From a virus, in the IMG/VR virus record IMGVR_UViG_3300045988_130750, positions 84,652 to 148,651 of that record: 64,000 nucleotides of DNA. One strand, given 5' to 3'. The notes beneath the pieces were generated by a model that had not been told where the DNA came from, did no database searches, and worked only from the letters and a program-made list of their open reading frames with translations. This document shows positions 52,986-63,859 of this stretch, piece by piece. How positions within the stretch are numbered: position 1 is the stretch's first letter; every line of letters starts with the position of its first letter. A program made the translations under genes and the position numbers.

Positions 52986-55900
52986 AATTTTAATTCCTCC
53001 ATTTTATTCCATAATACTTGTACCGCTTTTGTTATTAATCCAATAAATTCTTCATAACGCAATGAATAGATATATTGAACATTATCATTTTCATCTAAAT
53101 CATCTGATTCAATTTCATCTCCATTTTCGTCAATGATATATTTCTTTTTAATATCTTTACAGAATCCAGCAAATTCTAGGTCTGATATTCCGCATTTAAT
53201 CATCGCTTCTTCTACATCCTGTGATATAAACCCTATATGAGTTCTTCCACTTGTTCCATTTTTGAATAAATAAGATACAGGTTGTAATAATAAAAATAAT
53301 TGTAGATATTTTTCGTCTAGTGGTGTGATATCTTTTTTTAAATTTTTATCAGAAGTGGAAATAGCAGAATTTGAAGAATAAATTTGTCCAAATTTATTAC
53401 TAGCTGTGCCTAATTTAAGTGAATCTGCACATTTAGATAATGGTCTGAATGCTATATCATCCTTACTTAAGATAGTACCGATTGTGTCTGTATCTAAAGA
53501 GATTATTCCATCGTCATTAAAAATAGTGTTATTAGAGACATCAAAATTACTAATAGTACAATATTTTCCAAGATTAACATATTCAGTATGAAAAATAATA
53601 CTTCTATCTTGAGACATATCTTCAAATGATATATAATTTAAATTATCGGAGTAACCATTTTTAGATAATCTTCCTATATTATATTTTGTGTCACTTGTAT
53701 TATCTGACGTATACGATAAAATTTTATTGGCACTGTCAAAGTCTGTATCATATATATAATAAGATCCTTTTGCTTTTATTGACGTAGCTGTTATATTGCC
53801 GACTATGGAAGCATTTGAAGCTTTTAATTTACCATTAATATCCACACTAAAAACATTATTCCCAATATTTATGCTTCCGCCAGAAATAGTAGAACCGCTT
53901 ATGCTTCCGCCAGAAATAGTAGAACCGCTTATGCTTCCGCCAGAAATAGTTCCAGTACAAGTAATTATGTTAGAAAAAGTACCACCATTTGCATTTATAA
54001 TACCAGTAAACGTTCCACTTGTTGCAGTTACTTTGCCTATAACATTCAATCCGTTAGTGACATCATATGTAATACCACCATTTGCTAAACTCATACTTCC
54101 TTTTGATACTATATTTCCATTAGAATTAACAACAAAATTATCATTATTTGACCCACCAATACCAATAGAGCCACCACGAAAAGAAGCACTCTTAATAATT
54201 CCAGTCATATTCAGATTCCCATTATTATCCACATAAAAGATATCCTCACTGCCTTTAGATATTTTCAATAGACCTGAATTATCATTAGGATTTACTGTGA
54301 ATGTATTTATACCATTAGTAATCTTCAACCCATTAGCATCGAATGTTAAGCTGTCATTATTATTGTAAATTCCCAATGTTTCACCTAAGATGAATTTACC
54401 TACAATAGTTTCAGCTAATACACCTATAGTAGTTTTTACTTCTTGTGTTTGTGGGTCTTTATATATGTATTTTCCTATGGCAGCCTTTACTGATTGCCAA
54501 TTGTTATCGGTACAATATAATCCGCTACCAATAATACGCAATTGACAGTCATCAAAATTGCTCGCAATATCATCATATTGTTTACACCAAATACCATTCT
54601 TGTCGATAACAATATCTTGTGAATATGGATTGTTAACAATTTGAGTTGTAGCATAAAATCCATCTTTTACCCAATCATCAACAATAGATGTACTGTCAGA
54701 AGTTTTTTTTACTTGTTGTGTAGTATTACTGTAAGAACCTGTGATTGAAGATACACTATCTATTACACTTTTAACATCTGTTGTTCCATTGTAGATTTTT
54801 TCAACAGTAGAAAATTCAACAGATATATCTCCAAGATTTTCAAAATCAATTTCATATGATAATAACCTTAGACGATAAATTTCATCATCTATTTCGCATC
54901 TGATCCAATTTCCACATTCAAAATTATCTGCCAATGGTGCAAACTCTTTCATGTTTAAAAGATTATTAATTGTAGATGTGAGAGAGTATTGAGGATTAGA
55001 AGCCTTATACAATTCTTTTGTTGCAATATCATATAATTCATTGGCTCTTTCTAACAACTGAGCATTGTTTAATCCATCCGATATATAATTATCATTTTGA
55101 TATTTTTCTTCTCTACGATATGAACAAAATATTTTCCATAAATCTTTACCAAGATAAGAATTTAAATTTAGAACATTTTTTGTACTAGAGATAAGTTTTA
55201 TCATATAATCAAATATCTCTTGTACATATGAAGCCTGAACATTTCTGGTTGCAAGTTCTGCATCTACATATGATTTTCTTTTAGAATATAAAGAGTACAT
55301 TTGATTATAAACTGTCGTTTCAAATGTGGCTTTAGAATTAAGAATTATATTCAAACAAGAGTTAAATTCTTGTCCTAATGATGTAAGTGAACTAACTCCG
55401 TATAAATGAAGTTTATCTTTAAAAACAGATTCACTCATTTCCATATTGGTAATATCTACAGCATCATTGACATCAGATTTATTCATAGCTCTTTGTATCT
55501 GTTGCTGAAGATAAGTTAATTCATCATCATTAAATTTGATGGTCAGTTCTGTTGTATGACGTGTGTCTGTTTCATCTTCTAAAGAAGTCAATACGATTTT
55601 ACCCTTCCAAGTACCAACAGTGCCCTTGGTATATGTAGAATAATCTATATCAACATCATATAATGCTGTGTTTATCAAAACTTTCGCCATTCCAATAACT
55701 GCATTATCTGCATTAGTTTTCAGTAACGTAGAAGGAGATGATACTGCAATAGGAGACATATTTGCACTTGTTAATTTATTTATTGCGTCATCTATACTTT
55801 GCCCATCTATATCTACTGTTGGCATCATTGATGTATTGATAAATAAATCTGCATCAATAACATCATAATAGTTTTTCATTAAATTTTTATAACCAATGAT

Positions 55901-57070
55901 AGGAGATGAGATAGAGGACAACTCTGTATCTGAAAAATATTTTTTTACATAAGAGATTACCGAATTATAATTGGAGAGTATTGTTGAATCAATAGAAAAT
56001 GTTTTTCTAGTTTGATAATTTTCAAATTCTGAATTGTAGGCTTTTAACTTAGTTACAAGTTCTGCTGGCATATCATTATAAGTATCATCTGTAAAACGAT
56101 AAATATAATTACTTCCATTTGAATTAATATTTTTTACTGCTTCTGTGATATTATCATCTCCACCTTTAATACAGAAGCAGTTTTTGATAGAAGATGTGTC
56201 ACATTCAAGTTTTATGTCTTGGGCTAAATTATGAGATGATATAAATATAGTAGTATCTTCTCCATCTTGACCGTTGAATTTTGTACTACCACATTCAGGA
56301 CATTTGTTGTTAAAATCACCACGATAACCACAATCCTCACAAGTATTATATAAATCATATACGGAGATTTCTCTTGTCATGGAATTAAATTTAAATATAA
56401 CACCATATTCTTCAGAAATTTCTCCTGTCAATTCATCGTATATGCTTTTATCATCTATAGTAAACGTTTTTATGTCAGATAGTTTTTTCAATGAATCTTG
56501 CACATATTTTATAGAATAATTTGGGGCTTTATCTAATAATCTATGTAACAGTGAACCTCGTTTTAATACATTGATTTTTTGAGTATCTGTATAGTTGAGA
56601 TATTTCCCATTGTATTTCGTATCATTCCAATTATACAGATTTACATCTAACTCACGATAGAAGATAGTGGGGAAATTTTCATCATAATCATCAGATATGA
56701 TATCGTCCTCTGTATTTACCTCGATGTTGTACAAAATTGTGTTAGATAATTCTGCTTCGCATAATGATGTACCAGTAACATCTTTTATAATAGAATTTTC
56801 TTCTGTTTTAGACACACATATTTCAAATCGTTCTTTCAGTTCTGGAATATACAATACTTTAAAATTAGTTACAATATCCCATGATAAGTTTTTATTTCCA
56901 TCTATAAATTTATCAATAGTAAAAGAAGTTTCATTGGCAGCATTGTAATTTTCCTTGTATGTTAGTTCTTTCGCACCTCTTATTGTATTCAATGTTTCAA
57001 ATGCTTTGGTTTGTAATATCAATGTGACAGTATCCATTGTACCATCTTTGTTTAATAAAATTCGAGACAT
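52982..57070 (-). CDS. large tail-associated (Tal-like) structural protein with Gly/Ser repeat and C-terminal S74 chaperone domain
   Basis: The N-terminus resembles prophage tail endopeptidase / minor structural proteins. It has a zinc ribbon (CEDCGY...CPECGS) and a GGSISGSTIS repeat. The C-terminus is SDKNLKKDI...THIGFISQDVE...YIYSLRYEEFIGLI. Confidence 0.65.
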   Translation of the reverse strand: MSRILLNKDGTMDTVTLILQTKAFETLNTIRGAKELTYKENYNAANETSFTIDKFIDGNKNLSWDIVTNFKVLYIPELKERFEICVSKTEENSIIKDVTGTSLCEAELSNTILYNIEVNTEDDIISDDYDENFPTIFYRELDVNLYNWNDTKYNGKYLNYTDTQKINVLKRGSLLHRLLDKAPNYSIKYVQDSLKKLSDIKTFTIDDKSIYDELTGEISEEYGVIFKFNSMTREISVYDLYNTCEDCGYRGDFNNKCPECGSTKFNGQDGEDTTIFISSHNLAQDIKLECDTSSIKNCFCIKGGDDNITEAVKNINSNGSNYIYRFTDDTYNDMPAELVTKLKAYNSEFENYQTRKTFSIDSTILSNYNSVISYVKKYFSDTELSSISSPIIGYKNLMKNYYDVIDADLFINTSMMPTVDIDGQSIDDAINKLTSANMSPIAVSSPSTLLKTNADNAVIGMAKVLINTALYDVDIDYSTYTKGTVGTWKGKIVLTSLEDETDTRHTTELTIKFNDDELTYLQQQIQRAMNKSDVNDAVDITNMEMSESVFKDKLHLYGVSSLTSLGQEFNSCLNIILNSKATFETTVYNQMYSLYSKRKSYVDAELATRNVQASYVQEIFDYMIKLISSTKNVLNLNSYLGKDLWKIFCSYRREEKYQNDNYISDGLNNAQLLERANELYDIATKELYKASNPQYSLTSTINNLLNMKEFAPLADNFECGNWIRCEIDDEIYRLRLLSYEIDFENLGDISVEFSTVEKIYNGTTDVKSVIDSVSSITGSYSNTTQQVKKTSDSTSIVDDWVKDGFYATTQIVNNPYSQDIVIDKNGIWCKQYDDIASNFDDCQLRIIGSGLYCTDNNWQSVKAAIGKYIYKDPQTQEVKTTIGVLAETIVGKFILGETLGIYNNNDSLTFDANGLKITNGINTFTVNPNDNSGLLKISKGSEDIFYVDNNGNLNMTGIIKSASFRGGSIGIGGSNNDNFVVNSNGNIVSKGSMSLANGGITYDVTNGLNVIGKVTATSGTFTGIINANGGTFSNIITCTGTISGGSISGSTISGGSISGSTISGGSINIGNNVFSVDINGKLKASNASIVGNITATSIKAKGSYYIYDTDFDSANKILSYTSDNTSDTKYNIGRLSKNGYSDNLNYISFEDMSQDRSIIFHTEYVNLGKYCTISNFDVSNNTIFNDDGIISLDTDTIGTILSKDDIAFRPLSKCADSLKLGTASNKFGQIYSSNSAISTSDKNLKKDITPLDEKYLQLFLLLQPVSYLFKNGTSGRTHIGFISQDVEEAMIKCGISDLEFAGFCKDIKKKYIIDENGDEIESDDLDENDNVQYIYSLRYEEFIGLITKAVQVLWNKMEELKL
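53871..53950. repeat. 30-bp tandem repeat x2.7 inside the Tal-like gene
   Basis: The unit ATGCTTCCGCCAGAAATAGTAGAACCGCTT occurs at 53871-53900 and 53901-53930, with a partial copy at 53931-53950. It encodes (GGSISGSTIS)n on the - strand. Confidence 0.85.
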
Positions 57071-57102
57071 ATTTCACCACCAATCTTATATATTATTTGT
57101 TT

Positions 57103-57354
57103 CTAAATGTCACGTTTTATGTCTGATAACAAATGTAAATATTCACTTTTATATCCTTCTAATTCTTTGGATAATTCAGAATATTTTTTATAGCACTCAT
57201 CTAGTTCTCTCATTTTTTCCTTATATTTTTCAACATTGTATAATTTTAGTTGTTCTTTTAAACAGTGATTTTCATCTTGCAGCTTTTCAATGATATCTTT
57301 TTGTATAGATATTTTTTTATCTTTAGTAGATAAATAAAATTTCATTCTGCTCAT
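57103..57354 (-). CDS. hypothetical coiled-coil protein
   Basis: ATG follows aaaggagggcgtaaa. Confidence 0.5.
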   Translation of the reverse strand: MSRMKFYLSTKDKKISIQKDIIEKLQDENHCLKEQLKLYNVEKYKEKMRELDECYKKYSELSKELEGYKSEYLHLLSDIKRDI

Positions 57355-57378
57355 TTTACGCCCTCCTTTATTTAAAAA

Positions 57379-57408
57379 CCCTATATAAGCTATGACACTT
57401 ATATAGGG
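57379..57408 (-). terminator. hairpin plus T5 after the tape-measure gene
   Basis: CCCTATATAAG (57379-89) and CTTATATAGGG (57398-408) form a perfect 11-bp stem. On the - strand, TTTTTAAATAAAGG follows it. Confidence 0.5.
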
Positions 57409-57428
57409 TATAACTGTGATAGATAAAA

Positions 57429-60400
57429 CTATTTATATAACTTTGCTTTTCCAATACCTTTTCCAAGTTGAGTAGAAGATATAGCTTCAGTTATACATTT
57501 AGTTGTTTTACCGCCTTTGCAAATTTCTTCTCTTAATTGTTTGCCAAACGTTTCAACATCGTTCACGCCTTGCATAACAATATCACCAACTTCAACAATA
57601 GTAGTGGTAGTTCTATCAGCTTGCGGAATATTCAAGGAATTAAGTTTTAAATTCTTAGACCAATCAACAGGAGTTAACTGTGACAATTTCCAAAGATTTT
57701 GAGCTTGTTCATTGGTGAACACTTTATCACCTTGACCAACCTCTCTTAACACACCTTGTTCCTTACTAAAATGTAATTCATTTCCCGCTTCGCCAAGTAA
57801 AGCAATCATATCTTTAGGAATATTGCGTGAACCAACTTTAAATCCAGGAATGCCAAGGTCTTTCAATTTCTTATAGAGATTACCTGTTTTGTTTTTGTTG
57901 TCAAATTTTACACCAACAATTTCAGCCAACTCTTTCATTTCTGTCTCAGAAAGAACTCTTTGACCATACTTATCATATAACGCCTTATTCAAATCCGATA
58001 GTTTATCTCTCGAAGAATCTGTAGTATTCAAATGTGATTTTAAATAATTCAAAGCATTGTTTTGCTTTTTCATATTTTTATAAATATCATTTTGAACATT
58101 GTAAGATTTGTTTAATTCATTATATTTACTGTTAGCTATGTCATATTTAGACTTTAATTCTTTGGCTTTTGTACTATTTTTACTATGAGTTTTAATATAG
58201 TCCTCGTACTGTTTTTTAAGTGAATCTCTATTCGCTTTCGCTTCATCACGACTTATTTTAGCATTGTTTTTAAGCCCTTTGAAATAACTCAATTTAGAGT
58301 TTGAATCAGAAATAGCTTTTGATAATGTATTTTCACCATCAGAACGAATCTTATCCTTTACACTTTGACCACCAGTAGTAGTAGATGTTGAATTAGCAAG
58401 TAAATTTGCATATTCTGTCATCTTAGTCTGGAAATCTTTTATGGTATCAATTAAATTTTGAGTAGTTGTCACTACATTTGTTCCATTTAAAATCTCTTTA
58501 AACTCGTCAGTTGGTGTATATCCAATGCCGTTCATTTCGCCCTTAATAGTAGCAACAGCACTATTAGATGTTTTAGATATACAATCCAATAGCTCTTTGA
58601 AATTTTCTGATAAAGAATCAATTACATCTTGAATTACATCATCAAAATTATCTTGTAAATCAGATAACATATCCTTTGTATCAGATATGAGTTTATCATA
58701 TTCGGATTCTCGTAAGTCTTTTTCTGCATCTTTTAATGACACAGTTAAAGACTGTACTTTCGCACGAGATTCTTCTGACATATCACCAGAATAAGCAAGT
58801 AACTGTTTACGAAGGTCTGCAATCTGCTTTGTTTTTTCAGCTACAGTATTCTGCCAGTCATATGCATTTTTCTCAGCATCCATGAGTTTTTCATATTCTG
58901 ATATTAAATCAGAAATACGATTCTTGAGTGCTTCATAGCCTTGCGTATACAAGTCTATAATTGCATATTTTTCATCTTGTGCAGCCGATATGGAATCTTC
59001 ATATGATTTTACAAGTTCTTCCTTACGAGAGATTAATGTCTTATTGTATGGGTCTTTTGTAAGTTCTTTTTCAATCTTAGATACTTCTTTTTCATAATCT
59101 TTTGCCTGATTAAGATAAGCGGTGTAATTAGAAGCATGGAGATAAGCAACCGCCTTACCTCTGTCAGTAAAATCACCTATATCATCGCTTGTTAAGTCTT
59201 CACGAGATAATTCATTAATCATGAAATCAACCTCAGAAGTTACTGTCTTAATACGTTCTTCTAAATAATCAAAATTATCCCATTTGATTTGACGTAACTG
59301 GTTATTATACTCAACAAGAGATTTTGTGGATTCATCAATGGCATTTGTAACGTCATCTATCTGTTTTGACATTTCATACCATTCTTCAGAACCACTCTTA
59401 ACCGAACCATTCTTTAATGAATCTGCTAATGATTTTACTAATTTTTTACGTTCTTCAACTAAGGAAGCATTGTTCTTTTTCTCCTCAGAAATAAGTCTTG
59501 AATAATACTTTGTACTGATTTGATATCCTTTTGCTTCATTAATATCTATGGCACTATTCAGTTCGTTCGCTCTTTGTTCGTAACCTTGTCTTCTGTTAGA
59601 ATAATATGTATCTATATTATCTAACTTTTCTTGAGCAAGGTCTGCTTTTTTGCTGATGTTTTCTTGCTTCTGTAAATCGTATGTTGCTTTATCAGTTTCA
59701 TACGCAGCAAGATAAGCATTGTATTTCAAACACTTATTATAAAGACCACTATCTATAGATAATGCTTTACTAAGAGTCGATGAAGAGATTTCTTTTCCGG
59801 AGTTAACACAAGATTTTATATTTTTAAGAATACTCTTATTAGCTTTAGTGGTTTTCGTTCTGTTGATAGATTTCTTGGCTGAGTTTAACTCAGTTTTATC
59901 ATTTCGATATGCTTTTTGGTAAGCAGATAATTCCTTATCAAGATAAGAACTTTCTTTTGATAACATATTGTTCTTACTTTGATATTTTACATAATTCTCT
60001 TTCTTTGCTTCTAATAAATCAATAGAAGATGAGTATTTTTCAACTTTACTTTCTGCATATTCGGAGTTTAACTTTGCTAATGCTTCGTATTCATCCTGAA
60101 TAGATCTCGTAAGATCGTCTGTTGCATCTTTTGCTTTCTTAGCCTTTTCATACCATGTCTGATAAGATTCAATCTGTTCTTTTAAAGCATCGTCTTTGAC
60201 ATCTTTGATACTAATAGCACCATTACGAACTTTTTTTTTCCATTCTTCACTAAGACCTACACTATTGGCTTTTTGCATATATCTGTCATATGCTTTATTC
60301 TGTGTTTTTAATTCAGAGAAGAGTGTAGAAATTTCTTTTTTATAATTATATATACGACTACTAAAGGAACGTTTTGCATCTTCGGCACGTTTTTGGAACT

Positions 60401-63146
60401 TACTAATTTTAGATTCTAAACGGTCAATGCGTGTCTCGATAAAATCAAAGGTCTGAGATGTCTGTTCTTTGGCTTTTTCTTGCTCTTTGGCTTTATCTTT
60501 ACTTGCTTTATCCTTTTTTCCTTCAATTTTAGGAGAATAATCTGTTTTAAAATCAGTAGAAATATTAGATAAATCAATTTTTAAAGCATCAGTCATTGAT
60601 TTATACTGATCGTAATAAGTCATGAAAGCTTTAGCTTTTTCGTAAGCCTCTTTGGATATACCATTACGAGTATTATTACTTAAATTAAGAGGATCATTTC
60701 CATTATTGTTTTTAAAAGATGCTGAATTCCACTTATTTACAATGGCTTTTGCTTTTCCATAATCAGATAACGCACTAGAACCATCACCTAAGTTAATTTG
60801 ACTTCCTTTTATCGCATTGATAAAATTATTATATGCTGTGGCTTTACCAGCTAAAAGATTAGTCCAATTATCATAATCGCTTCGATAAGTAGAACCTAAT
60901 GCATTTATCAATGAAGTATTTTTAGAATTTACATCATTAATATAATCAGAATCGGCTTTAATTTTACCATTTACAAGTTGGATATGACCATTAAGCCATT
61001 CTGTTTCTGCTGCTGTTATTAACTCATTCTCTTCATTTATACAAGTCTTTGCAGCCGTTACAACTTCTTCAGCATTGGTTACTCCGATTTCTTTTAAATT
61101 GGCAATATAGGTCTGAAGTGTACTTTCATCGGCATTAATCAGATTTGAAAGAGTTTCACTTGATACTAAATATTCATGAACAATATCATTAAAAGCCTGT
61201 TGGATTTTTTCTTGACCACTTGTAGGATCACCAATAATTTTAGAAAATAAATCAAATCCTTCTAATTTCTGTAATTCTTCTGGAATAGCAGAAATCGTTT
61301 CTGCAAGAACAAAACCATTTTCTTTAAATTCTTTATAAGAATCTTCAAGACCAGACAATATTTTTGATGCATCTGCAAGTTTGCCAATATAATCAGCATT
61401 TGTTGTATCGTCAACTTTTTGTGCAACATCGTCTTGTACAAAGCCCCATTCAACTAATTTGTCAATCAATGTATCAACAGATATGCCGTATTCATCAGCT
61501 TTATCCTTTAATTTTTCAAAGCCTTCTTCTCCCTCTTGTATCATTCCATCTTTAGAATTAAATGCCATTACATCTTCGACAGTATATCCTAAAAGTCTAA
61601 GACTTTCTGCATATGATTTTAAGTGGGAATCCTTATTAAATGCATCTGTAAATTTATATAAATTCATAGATGCATCATCCAACTGTTCATTTAATTGATC
61701 GAATAATGGTTTGAATTCATTATTCTTTTTTAAAACAGTGTCTACGGATTTGCCAATATTCTCATAATTGGCTCTTGCCTTTTCAACACCTTCACCATCA
61801 GCTAATGCTTTATTTAATTCATCTATGGACTTAGCATATTGCTTGTAGATATCATATGGGTCGCCTGAATCGTCACCCATATTAAGCATATCATTAGCTA
61901 AATCTCTCAAGTAATTAGCTTCGTTTTCTTCCACTATATCACTTGCTTTAGAATAACTTTTTGACATGCTATCCTGTAAGGATTCAATTTGTGCGACAGT
62001 TGCTTCATCAGCACCTTTTTTTGCTTCATCCAATTTGTCCATTACTTCGCTAATGGTAGATTCAACACTTTTAGCATCGCCTTTAATTTTGATGGTAAAT
62101 GCAGCACCTGCCATACCACCCGAACCACCAACGAGTTCAAGACCTTTATCTTTGAAGTCTTTTACAATGTCTGTAACAATATCATAACTTTCGCTGTCAG
62201 AACTGATATTACCTAAATTATAGGTTTTCTTCTCAGTCATCCGCTTTGTGGATTCATCAGCACCTTTTCGATTTTCTTCATCTTTGAAGTAATCTTTTAA
62301 CTGTGATTCGCTTAAATCATTCAGCAAATCAATCTGTTTCTCAAGATTTCCATTGACAAGGTTGATGCTTTCAGCTTCTTTACCATATTTTTCAACAAGA
62401 CTGTCCTGAATACCAAGCAGTTCCTGTTTGATATTTTTGGCTTCTTCCTGTGTGGTGGAATTATCGGCAAGCTGTTCACGAAGTTCTTTTACCTTTTCAA
62501 TCTGCTCATTAATAGATTTTGTGTTTTCATCTATCTCTGATCCTGCTTCAGATGCAGCTTTGACCGCTTCATCCATTTGTCTTTGGTAATTCTTATACAG
62601 AGCAAATACAGCAGTACCGGCAGCAGCAACAGCAGCGAATATTCCAACACCGAGTTTGAAACCTGCCATTTGTGCATTTGTGATACCTAACCTATAACCT
62701 AATTTTTCAACAGATAAAGACAACATTTCTGTGAATGTTAATTCTTTAGCCATTCCACTGTTAAGTTTCAGTGTATTAATAATTTCTTCTTCTTTTTCTG
62801 TATTGTTGAGCTGTCTTGACAAAGTCTCACGCAGTTTAGCTTCTGTACATGAATTATTAAGAAGTAATGTCTTCTTTTTCTCATCGCAAAGACCAAGTTC
62901 AATTAAAATTGCTTCTTTTTTCTCTTTGTTATCAACAGTTTGAGCCAATGTAGATTCTACTAAAGAAGCTTTTATTTTATCTTTTGATGCTAATAATCCA
63001 GCCTCTACTAATACTTGTTCCTTCTGTTCAGAAGAGAGTTTAGTAGTAGAAAGTGTAAATTGTGCTTGTTGTAATGTTAATCCTTTTAACTGATCTGAAT
63101 ACTTTTTAAGATAAGTATCATTCAGCATTCCAGATTCGTCTGTCAT
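57429..63146 (-). CDS. tail tape measure protein
   Basis: 1905 aa, largely coiled-coil, with a hydrophobic segment GFKLGVGIFAAVAAAGTAVFALY. The start is uncertain: the frame stays open 39 codons upstream of the ATG without a canonical start. Confidence 0.75.
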   Translation of the reverse strand: MTDESGMLNDTYLKKYSDQLKGLTLQQAQFTLSTTKLSSEQKEQVLVEAGLLASKDKIKASLVESTLAQTVDNKEKKEAILIELGLCDEKKKTLLLNNSCTEAKLRETLSRQLNNTEKEEEIINTLKLNSGMAKELTFTEMLSLSVEKLGYRLGITNAQMAGFKLGVGIFAAVAAAGTAVFALYKNYQRQMDEAVKAASEAGSEIDENTKSINEQIEKVKELREQLADNSTTQEEAKNIKQELLGIQDSLVEKYGKEAESINLVNGNLEKQIDLLNDLSESQLKDYFKDEENRKGADESTKRMTEKKTYNLGNISSDSESYDIVTDIVKDFKDKGLELVGGSGGMAGAAFTIKIKGDAKSVESTISEVMDKLDEAKKGADEATVAQIESLQDSMSKSYSKASDIVEENEANYLRDLANDMLNMGDDSGDPYDIYKQYAKSIDELNKALADGEGVEKARANYENIGKSVDTVLKKNNEFKPLFDQLNEQLDDASMNLYKFTDAFNKDSHLKSYAESLRLLGYTVEDVMAFNSKDGMIQEGEEGFEKLKDKADEYGISVDTLIDKLVEWGFVQDDVAQKVDDTTNADYIGKLADASKILSGLEDSYKEFKENGFVLAETISAIPEELQKLEGFDLFSKIIGDPTSGQEKIQQAFNDIVHEYLVSSETLSNLINADESTLQTYIANLKEIGVTNAEEVVTAAKTCINEENELITAAETEWLNGHIQLVNGKIKADSDYINDVNSKNTSLINALGSTYRSDYDNWTNLLAGKATAYNNFINAIKGSQINLGDGSSALSDYGKAKAIVNKWNSASFKNNNGNDPLNLSNNTRNGISKEAYEKAKAFMTYYDQYKSMTDALKIDLSNISTDFKTDYSPKIEGKKDKASKDKAKEQEKAKEQTSQTFDFIETRIDRLESKISKFQKRAEDAKRSFSSRIYNYKKEISTLFSELKTQNKAYDRYMQKANSVGLSEEWKKKVRNGAISIKDVKDDALKEQIESYQTWYEKAKKAKDATDDLTRSIQDEYEALAKLNSEYAESKVEKYSSSIDLLEAKKENYVKYQSKNNMLSKESSYLDKELSAYQKAYRNDKTELNSAKKSINRTKTTKANKSILKNIKSCVNSGKEISSSTLSKALSIDSGLYNKCLKYNAYLAAYETDKATYDLQKQENISKKADLAQEKLDNIDTYYSNRRQGYEQRANELNSAIDINEAKGYQISTKYYSRLISEEKKNNASLVEERKKLVKSLADSLKNGSVKSGSEEWYEMSKQIDDVTNAIDESTKSLVEYNNQLRQIKWDNFDYLEERIKTVTSEVDFMINELSREDLTSDDIGDFTDRGKAVAYLHASNYTAYLNQAKDYEKEVSKIEKELTKDPYNKTLISRKEELVKSYEDSISAAQDEKYAIIDLYTQGYEALKNRISDLISEYEKLMDAEKNAYDWQNTVAEKTKQIADLRKQLLAYSGDMSEESRAKVQSLTVSLKDAEKDLRESEYDKLISDTKDMLSDLQDNFDDVIQDVIDSLSENFKELLDCISKTSNSAVATIKGEMNGIGYTPTDEFKEILNGTNVVTTTQNLIDTIKDFQTKMTEYANLLANSTSTTTGGQSVKDKIRSDGENTLSKAISDSNSKLSYFKGLKNNAKISRDEAKANRDSLKKQYEDYIKTHSKNSTKAKELKSKYDIANSKYNELNKSYNVQNDIYKNMKKQNNALNYLKSHLNTTDSSRDKLSDLNKALYDKYGQRVLSETEMKELAEIVGVKFDNKNKTGNLYKKLKDLGIPGFKVGSRNIPKDMIALLGEAGNELHFSKEQGVLREVGQGDKVFTNEQAQNLWKLSQLTPVDWSKNLKLNSLNIPQADRTTTTIVEVGDIVMQGVNDVETFGKQLREEICKGGKTTKCITEAISSTQLGKGIGKAKLYK

Positions 63147-63305
63147 CCACCATCTATAACTAAGGTCAGATAATCCGCTTCTAGCTGTCGAAATCTTTTT
63201 TAAACTATCTATATAGTTACCTAAATTCAGACAAATTCTAAATAAATGGTTGAGGTCATCTATTTAATATGTTACTATAATTAAAAAAGATAGGAGAGTA
63301 GAAAT

Positions 63306-63845
63306 ATGGGTTATTACTTAGTATTACCAATAACAGTTAAATCTGACGAAAAAAGAAGTTTCTGTAAAAAATTATTGATGGAGGTCATTGGATACTCAGA
63401 ACAAGAAGCACAAAAAATAGCATTTATTCCTAGGTGTGATAGTACAATTTTGGTTAATCTCACAATAGAAGAGGCAATTAAGATTGCTCAACCATTTAAA
63501 GACCATGATGTCTTACCTGCTTTATGGAATCATGCCACAAATGCTATGGAGGCATGGAATGACTACCATTTCTTCGTAAAGCAACCAATCAAAGACCATT
63601 ACGAATGTCTGGCAAGACCTGAATGTAGAATCAATCCTGATCAAAAATACATCACACAAGAACCGTATGTACCAACACCAAAAGTACAACCTTCAAAACC
63701 AAGTGTGGAATGTCCGTACTGTCATAGCACGAATTGTAAGAAGATAAGTGGTGTATCGAAAGCTGGCAGCGTTGCATTGTTCGGATTGTTTTCTCAGAAA
63801 GCGAGACATCAGTGGCATTGTAATGATTGTAAGAGTGATTTTTAA
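63306..63845 (+). CDS. hypothetical protein with C-terminal zinc-ribbon
   Basis: ATG follows gataggagagtagaaat. Cysteine pairs are CPYCHSTNC and CNDC. Its orientation is opposite to the tail genes. Confidence 0.55.
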   Translation: MGYYLVLPITVKSDEKRSFCKKLLMEVIGYSEQEAQKIAFIPRCDSTILVNLTIEEAIKIAQPFKDHDVLPALWNHATNAMEAWNDYHFFVKQPIKDHYECLARPECRINPDQKYITQEPYVPTPKVQPSKPSVECPYCHSTNCKKISGVSKAGSVALFGLFSQKARHQWHCNDCKSDF

Positions 63846-63859
63846 GGAGGGTTGTTATT

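Noticed and set aside
53796-54236. + strand ORF with a repeated MLPPEIVEPL motif.
   Set aside because: It is the antisense reading of the GGSISGSTIS-encoding 30-bp tandem repeat inside the - strand Tal-like gene, so it is not an independent gene.
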